Below, piece by piece: positions 17,601-27,093 of a DNA stretch of 64,000 bases (position 1 is the first letter of the stretch; every line of letters starts with the position of its first letter). A program made the position numbers and the translations under genes. This DNA is from an uncultured Collinsella sp. (GTDB lineage Bacteria > Actinomycetota > Coriobacteriia > Coriobacteriales > Coriobacteriaceae): NCBI GenBank assembly GCA_958447445.1, contig CAUDAE010000001.1, forward strand, positions 6,385 to 70,384. The letters are read 5' to 3'. The notes below the pieces were generated by a model that saw only the letters and a list, made by a program, of their open reading frames with translations, ran no database searches and was not told where the DNA came from.

Positions 17601-20600
17601 TGACGGCAAGGTCGACTTTGGCAAGATCGCCTTTACGCTCGACGACCTTAACAAGGCTCTGGGCGAGAAGCCCGAGAAGCGCGAGCACACCTTTACCTAC
17701 ACCGTGACCGAGTCCGGCGAAGTGGCTGGCGGGACCAACGACGCCAAGCTGTCGCGCAAGGTTTCCTTCACCGTGACTGATGACGGCAAGGGCAATCTGA
17801 GCGTATCCCGCAAGCCGGACGGCGATGTGGCATTTACGTTCACCAATACCTATAACGTGACGCCTGTCGAGACGAGCGTTACCGACCAGATCACCGCGAA
17901 CAAGGTCCTGACTGGCCGCAATCTCATGGACAGCGAGTTCTCCTTCGAGCTCGTCGAGGGCGACAAGGTCGTCGCCACCGGCAAGAACGACGCCGAGGGC
18001 AACATCACGATGAGCGCCGTGAAGTACACCGAGGCCGGCGAGCACACCTACACGCTGCGCGAGTTCAACGGCGGAACCATCAGCAAGGGCATCACGTACG
18101 GCGACGCCAAGTACACCATCGAGACCACCATTACCGACAAGGGCGATGGCACGCTCAAGGCTGAGCATGTCCTGAAGGACGCCACGGCTGCGACCTTCAA
18201 GAACACCTACAGCGTGACCCCGACCGATGCAGACCTCGACTTTGACCTGAGCAAGGCCATCGACGGTCGCGAGTGGACGGATGGGGACGAGTTCGGCTTT
18301 ACCATTACCGCCCCCGATGGCGCTCCGCTACCCGATCCTGCAACCGTAACCGTGAGCAAGCACGATGCGAAGGACGGCATTGCCGCCATCAAGTTCGGCA
18401 AGATTCGCTACACGGCTGCCGGAACCTACAAGTACGAGATCCGCGAGAACGCGGGTAATACGGTCGGCATGACGTATGACTCCAACGTCGCGACCGCCGA
18501 AGTAACCGTGACCGAGGACGGCGAGGGCAAGCTGACCGCCAATGTCACCAAGAAGGAAAACGGATGCTTTACCAACACGTACCGCACTGAGCTTAACTAC
18601 ACCGCGGCCGGCGGTCTGTGGCTCAGCAAGTATCTGGACGGCCGCCCCATGACCGAGGGCCAGTTCACCTTTACCGTGACACCTGCTGACGACGCTTCGG
18701 CTCGCGCGCTCGGTCTGCTGCCCGGGGCCAACAGCTTCAAGTCCCCCGAAGCGGCAGAGGCAACGGTCGGACTGATCGACATTCTGGCTGGTCATGAGGT
18801 TAAATTTACGCAGGCTGACGCCGGCAAGACCTTCAAGTACACCGTGGCCGAAAAGAACGACGGCCAGCCCGGTTACACCTACGATGACGCCGTACGCACG
18901 GTGACGATCGCCATCGCCGACGACACCGCCGGTACGCTCACTGCTACGACGACCGTCTCTGGTGGTCCCGAGGGCACGCATGAGACGGTCCACAAGAGTG
19001 GCGAGAACAAGGTCGAGAAGGCCCTGGTGCCGTTCCACAACAGTTACAGCGCTACGACCAACACGCCTGGTGGCACCGCTGCTCAGGTCGTTGCCACCAA
19101 GACTCTGACCGGTCGCCCGATGGCCGACGGCGAGTTCTGGTTCGGCATCGCCTATCAGGGTGAGCTTGTGGCATACGAAAACCTCAAGCCCAATATCGGC
19201 GGGCACGTGAGCTTTGATACGCTGCACTACGACACCAAGATGCTTGCTAATCTTGAGGCTGCTGGGCTTGCTTATCGTACCGATAAGGACGGCAAGCTTG
19301 CCTGGACCATTAACTACACGGCCTACGAAGATTTATTCGGGCTGCCGAATGGCGTTTCCGCTACAACGTGGAGCTTTGGCTTTAAGGTTATCGTCGTCGA
19401 CAACGGTGACGGTACCCTGACGGCGACGGTCGACTACGGCGGCGTCGAGCCCTTGTTCGAGAACGTCTACGGCGCCGACGCCGTGGATGCCGCGCTCACC
19501 GGTACTAAGAAGCTCCAGGTTGCCGAGGGCCTGACCCCGGCCGACATCACGGGTAAGTTCACCTTTACCGTGACCGCCGACGAGGCAGGTGCCCCGATGC
19601 CCGAGCGCACGACCGTAACCAACGACGCAGCCGGTAACGTGGACTTTGGCAAGATCCACTTTACGCTCGAGGACCTCAACCACGCCCTGGGCGTGACGAC
19701 CGATGCTTCTGACGACGCATCGAGCGACGCCGAAGCCAACACCGGTGAGGCCGAGGTTGACGCCGACGCTGCCGAGACCGATGAGTCCAACGACGAGTCC
19801 GATCCCGCAACCCCCACCGCTCCGCACTCGCACACCTTTACCTATACGGTGACCGAGTCCGGTAGCGTCCCTGGCGTGACCAACGACCCCAACGCCACGC
19901 GCAAGGTTTCCTACACCGTGACTGACGACGGCGCCGGACATCTGAGTGTCGTGCGCAGCGGCGACGACGGTGCGGACTTCACGTTCACCAACACCTACGT
20001 CGTGGCGCCCACCGACTCTTCCGTGACCGATCAGGTCAAGACGGTTAAGCGTCTGACCGGACGTGACCTTGCAACCGGCGAGTTCACGTTTGAACTGCTC
20101 GAGGACGGCGTGGTTGTCGCCAACGGCACCAACGACGCCAACGGCAACGTTACGCTGAGCCCGATCCACTACGAGGCGCCCGGTACGCACACGTACACGC
20201 TGCGCGAGGCTCGCCCGAACGCGCTTAGCCTGTACAAGGGTGTCACCTATGACGGCACGACCTACACCGTCGTGACCACCGTCTCCGACAACGGCGACGG
20301 TACGCTGGCCGCGACGCACAAGCTCGAGGGAACCACCGAGTCGGCTGGCTTTACCAACAAGTATCACGCCATGCCCACGCAGGTCTCCATCGGCGCCATT
20401 AAGGTGCTCGAGGGACGCGAGCTCAAGAAGGACGAGTTTAGCTTTAAGCTCGTTGGCGAGGACATCGAGTCTACGGTTACCAACGATGCCGACGGCAAGA
20501 TCAACTTCGACAAGCTCGAGTACGACGAGCCCGGTACGTACGTCTACACCATCAGCGAGGTCAAGGGTGACGAGGCCGGTATGACCTACGACAAGTCCGT

Positions 20601-20898
20601 CTTTACCGCGACCGTTAACGTGGTCGACGACGGCGAGGGCAACCTCAAGGCGAACGTTGCCTTTACCAAGGGCGACAAGAGCGTCGAGGGTATCGTGTTC
20701 AACAACACGTACAAGAAGCCCGAGACGCCCGTGCCGACGCCCGACCCCGGCACGCCCAAGACCGTGACGAACATCGTCAAGACGGTCAAGGGTTTCCTGC
20801 CCACCACGGGTGACCAACAGGCTGCCGCTCTGCTTATGGCATTTGTCATCGCCATGGCCGGCGTCGGAGCCCTAGTCTGGGGTATCCGTAAGCGCTAG
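14623..20898 (+). CDS. Large sortase-anchored adhesin: signal peptide, vWA domain, many Spy0128/FctA-like pilin repeat domains, LPxTG
   Basis: N-terminal hydrophobic signal; MIDAS DASGSM, GAT, FTDG; repeats of K.LTGR.L...EF.F and Y.YTL.E...F.NTY; LPTTG + TM helix + RKR tail. Confidence 0.92.
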   Translation: MSKYTRGLLAVILAVVLVLPAAAFAMLPEANARSSTGMDGPTMSGKVVVDPDTSGRWEIWAAGHNGNKVTTQNIGRIWTDKTVEATEENEESDFLTTLSAMSSTSNSTVTVTTPLDIVMVLDASGSMDDPMGGGDRTKRIDALKNAANSFIDTIAKQNESIEGVDRQHRVAIVKFAGEKSNNIGNNMYRDGGYSYNYTQVMKELTYCSGSNADDLKKNTINKIQPAGATRADYGLELAEKITTTYGRKDAKKIIVFFTDGTPTKQNKFDAGVANAAVTAAKNMKDGKATVYTIGIFDGANPKASVQDSKTSQENKFMQAVSSNYPNATAWDTHGTRAENSDYYKSATNVVELKKVFDDISQAITSEAPYPTEIDKGYDATKSGYITFTDELGDFMQVDSFTEVVINGTPFTKASKTVNKETNTDTYEFAGKAKDLLITVQRAGDDNPQKGDVVTVSIPASLIPLSHFKTVDGKLSVDSAQPIRVKYTSSVKSAALDNLFTPEKVTGLKDYIENNTTVANGAKTVSFYANKWAAGNLGNTVATFEPADTNRYYYFQKQTPIYTDKDCTQPAKNSLADTGTYYYKDEFEEQGENGEAKPASAVIEFIGGDAAKFDGAIVADEDGNLSFSVGTARLAFIDELHTTKESVGGNNTGTATDVLNPKWNNVSAKATATHVNSYLGNNGKISFAYDMTPAMVNTKASFGLTKVLKGRDWTNADAFEFGLTSESGAPMPAARTATVRKADLDQGKAAIDFGTIEYTEPGTYVYKVSDKHAGTTIDGIAYSKNVAEITVTVTPDKKGELSAGVKVTSGETEFKNVYATNPVESSVTDQITVTKSLTGRDLTADEFSFELLEIIDKEVKPVETVKNAADGKVTFSAIKYTEIGQHTYKLHEVKGNAGGIDYDDAVYTIVTTIADNGKGQLVATHELKDAKDVKSIEFKNAYTTNATEASLAGIKNLQVDDALTPADITGKFTFTVTGEEGAPMPASTSVHNDVDGKVDFGKIAFTLDDLNKALGEKPEKREHTFTYTVTESGEVAGGTNDAKLSRKVSFTVTDDGKGNLSVSRKPDGDVAFTFTNTYNVTPVETSVTDQITANKVLTGRNLMDSEFSFELVEGDKVVATGKNDAEGNITMSAVKYTEAGEHTYTLREFNGGTISKGITYGDAKYTIETTITDKGDGTLKAEHVLKDATAATFKNTYSVTPTDADLDFDLSKAIDGREWTDGDEFGFTITAPDGAPLPDPATVTVSKHDAKDGIAAIKFGKIRYTAAGTYKYEIRENAGNTVGMTYDSNVATAEVTVTEDGEGKLTANVTKKENGCFTNTYRTELNYTAAGGLWLSKYLDGRPMTEGQFTFTVTPADDASARALGLLPGANSFKSPEAAEATVGLIDILAGHEVKFTQADAGKTFKYTVAEKNDGQPGYTYDDAVRTVTIAIADDTAGTLTATTTVSGGPEGTHETVHKSGENKVEKALVPFHNSYSATTNTPGGTAAQVVATKTLTGRPMADGEFWFGIAYQGELVAYENLKPNIGGHVSFDTLHYDTKMLANLEAAGLAYRTDKDGKLAWTINYTAYEDLFGLPNGVSATTWSFGFKVIVVDNGDGTLTATVDYGGVEPLFENVYGADAVDAALTGTKKLQVAEGLTPADITGKFTFTVTADEAGAPMPERTTVTNDAAGNVDFGKIHFTLEDLNHALGVTTDASDDASSDAEANTGEAEVDADAAETDESNDESDPATPTAPHSHTFTYTVTESGSVPGVTNDPNATRKVSYTVTDDGAGHLSVVRSGDDGADFTFTNTYVVAPTDSSVTDQVKTVKRLTGRDLATGEFTFELLEDGVVVANGTNDANGNVTLSPIHYEAPGTHTYTLREARPNALSLYKGVTYDGTTYTVVTTVSDNGDGTLAATHKLEGTTESAGFTNKYHAMPTQVSIGAIKVLEGRELKKDEFSFKLVGEDIESTVTNDADGKINFDKLEYDEPGTYVYTISEVKGDEAGMTYDKSVFTATVNVVDDGEGNLKANVAFTKGDKSVEGIVFNNTYKKPETPVPTPDPGTPKTVTNIVKTVKGFLPTTGDQQAAALLMAFVIAMAGVGALVWGIRKR

Positions 20899-20976
20899 GC
20901 ACGTCGACAGCGCCCGGGGCCAAAAGGCCCCGGGCGGCCGGCGGGGAGCCAGAACACAGCCCCACCCCCAGCCCCA

Positions 20977-21017
20977 GCCGCCACGGAGGTATCTCCCTCC
21001 TCCGTGGCGGCGCTTTT
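20977..21017 (+). terminator. Terminator after the adhesin
   Basis: GCCGCCACGGAGG...CCTCCGTGGCGGC followed by GCTTTT. Confidence 0.65.
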
Positions 21018-21038
21018 GTGCGTAGGCGAGAAGGGCCT

Positions 21039-21444
21039 GCCACGAAACCGGCCCATCTACTACGTTTAGCCCCTTACCCCCAACCATGCCAAAAAGCGCG
21101 AAAACAAAACCGCAGGTAGAACGCCTGTGGTTTTGTTCAAAACGAAGGTATGGTCAGGGGTATCGAGTCAAACGTAGTAGATGGGCGGGTTTCGTGGCGA
21201 GCGGTTCCGGGTGATTCCTTGGGGACGGAGGAAAACGGATCATTTTGGTCCCGCGAGGCTTGCGGAGGCGCTCGTGCAGAGCCGCTCGGACAAAACTATG
21301 CCGGTTTACGGGGCTAAGTCACGCGCTCCCAACCATGCCGATATCCGTGAAAATAAAACCGCAGGTAGACAAGCCGTCATTTTACGGAAAACGCGGGCAT
21401 GGATGGGGGCCCTGAGCTTAGCCCCGTAAACCGGCATAGTTTTG
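21039..21444. repeat. Composite hairpin-repeat cluster, right of the adhesin: B (21039-21198), C (21212-21250), A (21291-21444)
   Basis: Same module lengths (160 and 154 bp) and the same core offsets as the left cluster. Confidence 0.9.
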
Positions 21445-21504
21445 AAATGGCATTAAATCGGTAGCAGCCATTTTGCTATGCCGGGGCGGTCGGCCGTTGG
21501 GTAA

Positions 21505-22134
21505 TTACCCTCGCAGGTAGGCGATGGCGATCTGCGTGCGGTTGCGTAGGCCCATTTTGGCAAGGATCGAGCTGATGTGGTTGCGCACGGTGCCTTCGCC
21601 CATGTATGCCGTGGCGGCGATCTCCTTGTTGTCGAGGCCGCGGGCGATGAGCTCTGCGACTTCGAACTCGCGGTCGGTCAGGCTGACAAAGGCCGCGGGC
21701 CGGCGGGTCGTGCCGGCCTCGACGCCCGCCCCATCAAAGTTGATATCCTCGATCGCCTTGCCCTCGAGCACGCGCTTGCCATCCATGACCTGCGTCAACG
21801 CGGGAGGGATGGCAGCGACGTCGGTTTTAATCAAGTAGCCGCGCGCGCCCAGTTTGAGCGCCGACACAATGTATTCGTCATCCGAGAATGTCGTCAGAAA
21901 CACCACGCGCGCCGCAGGGTCGCGCTCAAGGATCTCGCGCGCGGCCGAAAGGCCGTCGCGTCCCGGCATCTGGATGTCGAGCAGCGCGATATCGGGTGCG
22001 TGCTCGGCGTAGAGCGCCACCGCATCGTCGCCATTGGCGCCGGTGCCCACCACCTCGATCTGCGGCTGGGCGCCCAGGATAATCTTGAGCGAATCGACCA
22101 CCAAGCGGTCGTCGTCGACAACGATGAGCCTCAT
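21505..22134 (-). CDS. NarL/LuxR-family response regulator
   Basis: VVDDD, LLDIQMP, LTTF, GYLIK, LTDRE...NKEIA...GTVRNHISSILAK. Confidence 0.93.
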   Translation of the reverse strand: MRLIVVDDDRLVVDSLKIILGAQPQIEVVGTGANGDDAVALYAEHAPDIALLDIQMPGRDGLSAAREILERDPAARVVFLTTFSDDEYIVSALKLGARGYLIKTDVAAIPPALTQVMDGKRVLEGKAIEDINFDGAGVEAGTTRRPAAFVSLTDREFEVAELIARGLDNKEIAATAYMGEGTVRNHISSILAKMGLRNRTQIAIAYLRG

Positions 22135-23276
22135 CGGCCCTCATCTCCTTGCTGTTTGGGAACGGTGGCAAACACACGCCAGCCGCCGGCGCCGGCACGC
22201 GGGCTGGCGGTGAAGGTGCCGCCAAGCGCCTCGATGCGCTCGCGCATGGAGGCGAGCCCCATGCCCTCCGCGGTGCCGCGGCCGCTTGCTTGGACCTCAC
22301 CCACGCCATCGTCGGTAACAATGAGCTGGTAAAACGACGGATGCTCCATGCACCGTACGGTAACAGCATGGGCGCAAGCATGGCGCATGGTGTTGGAGAG
22401 CGCCTCGCGCAGGACCGCCGCAAAGCAGTTGGCGACATTTGCGGGCGCATGCTCGGCCATAACTTCAAGCTCAATCTGCGGGCCGCCGTCCGAGCGCGCG
22501 CCTTCGACAATGCGTTCGAGTTGTACGGAAAGGTCGACGGCGTTGTCGTTGAGCGCATGGACACTGGTGCGCACAAGCTGGAGCGCCTCGTCAACCGTGC
22601 GTTTGACATCGGCGAAATCGGCGGCAACCCTGGGCTCGTCGGCGTGCACGACGCGCAGGGCCTCGGCCTGCAGCGAGGCGCGCGTGAGCTGGTGGCCCAC
22701 ATTGTCGTGGATCTCGCGCGCGATGCGGGCGCGTTCGGCGAGCGTCGCGAGCTCGACTTCGTAGTCCTGACGGTCGGCAAGATCGCGGTTGCGCGCTTCG
22801 AGCGCGAGGGTTCGTTCCTACAGCTCGTCACGGGTGCGGCGCATGCGCTGCTGCTCGCGCTCCAACTGGGCGGTACGTAGCGATAGCAAGGTGGCGGCAA
22901 CTGAAAGGATAGCGGCCAGCAGGAGTGTTCGGGCGGTGAGCGCGTTGGTGCGAAGGTCCGCGACGAGCGCAAGGGCAAAGACGGAGCAAATGCCCAGCGC
23001 GACCCAGGCGTGCTCGCGGCGCACGCGCCGCGCGATGTCATAGAGAGCGAGGGGTGCAAACGGCATAAACGGCGGCACGAAGACAGCCGCGATGATGTAA
23101 GCGCAGCTCGCGGCCTCGCTTGTACGGCGCGTGCGTTCTCCCTGTGCGACCTCGGCCAGCGAGGTGGCAATAACGCCAAGGCAAAACGCCGCGACCAGGT
23201 GAGCGTCCACAGCAAGGCCCATGGCGGCCGCAATACAGCACGCCAGAACGATTGATTTGTCGAAAAGCCTGTTCAT
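22131..23276 (-). pseudogene. HisKA_3 membrane sensor kinase interrupted by one in-frame TAG at 22818-22820
   Basis: TM N-terminus ...RTRDEL*ERTLALEARN...ERARIAREIHDNVGH...REALSN...DDGVG...GMGL, all in one frame. Confidence 0.85.
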
Positions 23277-23486
23277 ACGGGTATTGTACGCGAAGGCGCG
23301 CGCGGTGGAGGGGCTGCCTGCTCAACCGTGACATTCCTCCCGCGCGGCAAAGCGGCGTCGATCGCTTGCGCGAGCGGGGGTTTCACCTCTGCCCCCTCGC
23401 ACTCGTGACAAAGCTCACTGGTGCGCGCCGCCCGCTCCTGCGATGATGCAATCGTACCGGGCCGCAATCAACAGAAGGGCCGCCTC

Positions 23487-24425
23487 ATGACAGACATCGT
23501 CCACGTCGAAAACCTCGTCAAGCGCTATGACGACCTTATTGCGCTCGACCACTTTAACCTGAGCATCGCCCCCGGCGAGATCTTTGGCCTGCTGGGCCCC
23601 AACGGCTCGGGCAAGACCACGTCCATCAACTGCATTCTGCAGCTGCTCGCCTACGACAAAGGCACCATCGAGCTGTTCGGCGAACCCATGACGCCCGCCC
23701 GCTACGACCTCAAGCGCCGCATAGGCGTGGTGCCGCAGCAGGTAGCGGTGTTCGACGAGCTCACGGTGCGCGAGAACATCGACTATTTCTGTAGCCTGTA
23801 CGTCAACGACCGCAAGCCCCGCCGTGCGCTGGTAGACGAGGCGATCGACTTTGTCGGGCTGGGCGACTTTGCTAAGTTCCGCCCTGGCAAGCTCTCGGGC
23901 GGCCTGGCGCGTCGCCTCAACATCGCCTGCGGCATCGCGCACAAGCCCGAGCTCATCTTCTTTGACGAGCCCACGGTGGCGGTCGACCCACAGAGCCGCA
24001 ACGCCATCCTGGAGGGCATCTGCCGCTTGCGCGACGAGGGCGCCACAGTGGTGTATACCAGCCATTACATGGAGGAAGTCGAGCAAATCTGCAGCCACAT
24101 CATGATCATGGACGGCGGGCGCGTGCTGGCGCAGGGCACCAACGACGAACTCAAGCGCATGATTCAGATGGGCGAGCGCGTGACTGTCGAGGTCGGCGCC
24201 GTCGAGACCGCCACGGTCGAGCGCCTGCGCGCCCTCGAGCACGTGCTTTCGGTTGAGCTTTCCGGCGGCGAACTCGTCTGCACCTGCGAGGCGAGCCCGC
24301 ACAATCTGGTCGACATCCTCGACACGCTGCGCGCCGCCGACGTGGCACTCGGCCGCGTGTGGAGCGAGCCGCCGACCCTCAACGATGTGTTCCTCGAGAT
24401 CACCGGCCGCGAGCTGCGCGACTAG
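23487..24425 (+). CDS. ABC-2 exporter ATP-binding subunit
   Basis: GPNGSGKT, LSGG, FFDEPT, YTSH. Confidence 0.93.
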   Translation: MTDIVHVENLVKRYDDLIALDHFNLSIAPGEIFGLLGPNGSGKTTSINCILQLLAYDKGTIELFGEPMTPARYDLKRRIGVVPQQVAVFDELTVRENIDYFCSLYVNDRKPRRALVDEAIDFVGLGDFAKFRPGKLSGGLARRLNIACGIAHKPELIFFDEPTVAVDPQSRNAILEGICRLRDEGATVVYTSHYMEEVEQICSHIMIMDGGRVLAQGTNDELKRMIQMGERVTVEVGAVETATVERLRALEHVLSVELSGGELVCTCEASPHNLVDILDTLRAADVALGRVWSEPPTLNDVFLEITGRELRD

Positions 24426-24434
24426 GGGGCAGCC

Positions 24435-25622
24435 ATGTTCAATACCATCATCACCACGGTCAAGACGCTACTGCGTCGAGCGAGTACATGGGTCTGGGGC
24501 GCGATCTTTCCCATTGCGCTTTCAACGATGTTCATGTTTATGTTCGCGAACCTGAGCTCTGACGGCACGGTCGACCCGGTGCCGGTGGCCGTCGTAGCGA
24601 ATGAGGCTTGGGACGCCTCGACCTTTAAGGACGTGACGGCTTCGCTTGCCAAGGAAGGCGACGATCAGCTGCTCGAGATCCACAACTACGAAGACTTGGC
24701 TGCCGCGCGCAAAGCACTCAAGGCCGGCGAGGTCTCGGGCATCTATACGGTTGACGCTGCGGGCACGCCCAAGCTCACGCTGCTCTCGAGCTATGACGGC
24801 TCGCGCGCCTCGTCGGTGCTCACCGACCGCAGTATCCTTGAGACGGTAGCAAGCTCGTATACGCAAAATGCCGAGCTCATGTCCCAGATTGCCCAGGACA
24901 ACCCGGCGGCGCTTGCCGACCCGGAGGCGGTTGCGCGCGCCCTGTCGCTCGAGGGCGGCACCCGCCGCGTAAGCCTTACGCGCACCACGCCCGATGGCAC
25001 AGTCATCTACTATTACGCGCTCTTTGGCCTGGTGGCGATGATGTCTGCCGAGTTTGCCGCCTTGAGCGTCGTCGATCTGCAGCCCAATCTGTCGGGCCTC
25101 GGCGCACGTCGCTGCGTGGGCGGTCTTTCCAAGACGGCGTCGCTGGCTGGCATCTTTGTGGGCTCGTGGCTGGTCTCCTTTGCCTCGATGGCGATTGCGA
25201 TTGGCTACGTGCGCCTGGTCGTGGGCATCGACTTTGGCGGGCGTGAGGGACTGTGTTTGGTGGGCGCCGCCGCTTCCGCGCTTGCTGCCACGGGCTTGGG
25301 GCTCTTTGTGGGCACGCTTCCCGTTAAGGGCGGCAAGGCGTCCAAGTCGGGCATCCTCACGGGCTTTGCCACCACGTGCGCCCTGTTCGCCGGCCTCTAC
25401 GGCGAGCCGGCGATGGCGCTTGCCGACGATGCTGCCCGCGCCTGCCCGGCCGAGTGCTGGTTCAACCCCGTCAAGCTCATCTGCGACATGTTCAACCGCC
25501 TGTATTTCTTTGAGGACCTGGGCCCCTTTGCCGTTCGCGCCGGCGCGCTGGTCCTTATGGCGCTGCTGTTCGTTGCCGCCGCCACGCTGATCTTTGGAAG
25601 GAGCCGCTATGAGCACCTTTAA
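24435..25622 (+). CDS. ABC-2 exporter permease
   Basis: N-terminal TM, extracytoplasmic VAVV domain, C-terminal TM bundle; operon position. Confidence 0.85.
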   Translation: MFNTIITTVKTLLRRASTWVWGAIFPIALSTMFMFMFANLSSDGTVDPVPVAVVANEAWDASTFKDVTASLAKEGDDQLLEIHNYEDLAAARKALKAGEVSGIYTVDAAGTPKLTLLSSYDGSRASSVLTDRSILETVASSYTQNAELMSQIAQDNPAALADPEAVARALSLEGGTRRVSLTRTTPDGTVIYYYALFGLVAMMSAEFAALSVVDLQPNLSGLGARRCVGGLSKTASLAGIFVGSWLVSFASMAIAIGYVRLVVGIDFGGREGLCLVGAAASALAATGLGLFVGTLPVKGGKASKSGILTGFATTCALFAGLYGEPAMALADDAARACPAECWFNPVKLICDMFNRLYFFEDLGPFAVRAGALVLMALLFVAAATLIFGRSRYEHL

Positions 25623-26814
25623 GACTGCGCTTCGCATGGCGCTCGCGCACCCGCTCTATCTGCTCATCTACACGGTGTTCATTTCTCTGCTGGGTGTGTT
25701 TATCGCGGCATCGGTGAGCTGGAACTCGTCGCAGCTCACCGAGTATAAGCCCTACGATGCCAACGTGATCGTGGTCGACCGCGACGACAGCGACCTTTCG
25801 CGTGCGCTTACCAAGCATCTGGGTTCGCGCTTTGAGCTGGTCACGGGCGTCGGCGACGATACGTACAATCTTGCGGACGCGCTTTCCAAGAGCAATAGCG
25901 CCAAGGGCAGCGCTGACTGCGTGTTCTTTATCCCGGAGGGGTTTGAGGGCGACCTCGTTGCAGCCGCCCGCGCGGGGGAGTCCCTGCCCAAGCTCGATGT
26001 GACCTACGGTGCCGGCACCATGGCGGCGGCGCTCTCGTCTGCCGAGGCCTCGCGCTGGATCTCGCTCGCGGGCGCTGCGGCCGCACTTGAGCCCACTGCC
26101 TCCAACGGCGACGTTGCCAAGGCCGCCGAACATGCCGCTGCAAAGCGCGCGGAGGTCCAGATCGAGCGGGTCAAGGTCGACTCGGCTGCTGCCGCCACGC
26201 TCGAGTCGTACTTCAACTTTGGCGCGTACGCGATTATCTCGTCGGTCATCGTATCGGTGGGGTTGGTGTTCTCGGGCATGAACGAGCCCGAGCGCGTGCG
26301 TCGTATGGATGCCGGCCCAATCTCCGAGCGCCAACGTTCGCTTGCCGTGTTTGCCGCCGCCGCCGTGCTCACCGTCTGCATCTGGTTTGTGTCGAGCATG
26401 ATGGGCGTCGTGGGCTTTGCCGGCGCGGTCGCCGAGGTCGGCGTGGGCCGTGTGTGCCTGGCACTGGCGGCGACGTTTGCCCTGGCGTGCACGCCGCTGG
26501 CCGTTGGCTTTGCCCTTTCGAGCCTGGGTGCGCGCGAGGAGCTGCTCAATGGCGTGGGCAACCTGCTCGGCATGCTCATGACGTTTTTGGGCGGCGCTTG
26601 GATGCCGCTGTCGCTGATGGGCCCGGCCGTGCAGACCGTGGCGCACTTTGTGCCGACATATTGGGTGAACGACGCGATCGGCAAGGCGCTCGCGTCGGAC
26701 CTGACGTCTGCCATGTTGGGCGACATTGCCTGCGACCTGGGCGTCACGGCACTCTTCGCCGTGGCCATTGCCGCCGCAGGCCTCGCGCTCTCGCGCACCA
26801 AATCCCGCGCCTAG
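25609..26814 (+). CDS. ABC-2 exporter permease
   Basis: VVDRDDS, FLGGAWMP, FVPTYW; AGGAG before ATG 25609. Confidence 0.85.
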   Translation: MSTFKTALRMALAHPLYLLIYTVFISLLGVFIAASVSWNSSQLTEYKPYDANVIVVDRDDSDLSRALTKHLGSRFELVTGVGDDTYNLADALSKSNSAKGSADCVFFIPEGFEGDLVAAARAGESLPKLDVTYGAGTMAAALSSAEASRWISLAGAAAALEPTASNGDVAKAAEHAAAKRAEVQIERVKVDSAAAATLESYFNFGAYAIISSVIVSVGLVFSGMNEPERVRRMDAGPISERQRSLAVFAAAAVLTVCIWFVSSMMGVVGFAGAVAEVGVGRVCLALAATFALACTPLAVGFALSSLGAREELLNGVGNLLGMLMTFLGGAWMPLSLMGPAVQTVAHFVPTYWVNDAIGKALASDLTSAMLGDIACDLGVTALFAVAIAAAGLALSRTKSRA

Positions 26815-26817
26815 CCA

Positions 26818-27000
26818 CCTAGTCATCGTACTCATTGGGGACAGACTTAAACGACTAGTCATTGGGGACAGTCTTTGCCGAACCGCCGGCTTGCCAAGGA
26901 CTGTCCCAGCTGCCGGCAGAAAGGGAACGTCCCTAACTGCCGGGTGGCGAAAGAGTGCCCCCAACAGCTAGTCGTTTAAGAACGTCCCCAACGACTAGTC
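26818..27000. repeat. REP-like composite element (CTAG-bounded family)
   Basis: CTCATTGGGGACAGACTTAAACGACTAG and inverse copy CTAGTCGTTTAAGAACGTCCCCAACGACTAG. Confidence 0.8.
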
Positions 27001-27093
27001 TTGAAACAAATCCCCACTCTCGCTCCAAAATAGTTCGCCATGGTTTACTATTACGCTCATAAAGTAGTACGAGGCTAACAACGGGGGGATACC

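Noticed and set aside
22818..22820. Pyrrolysine or programmed readthrough at the TAG
   Set aside because: No pyl genes in view, and the site is an ordinary coiled-coil position best explained by CAG to TAG
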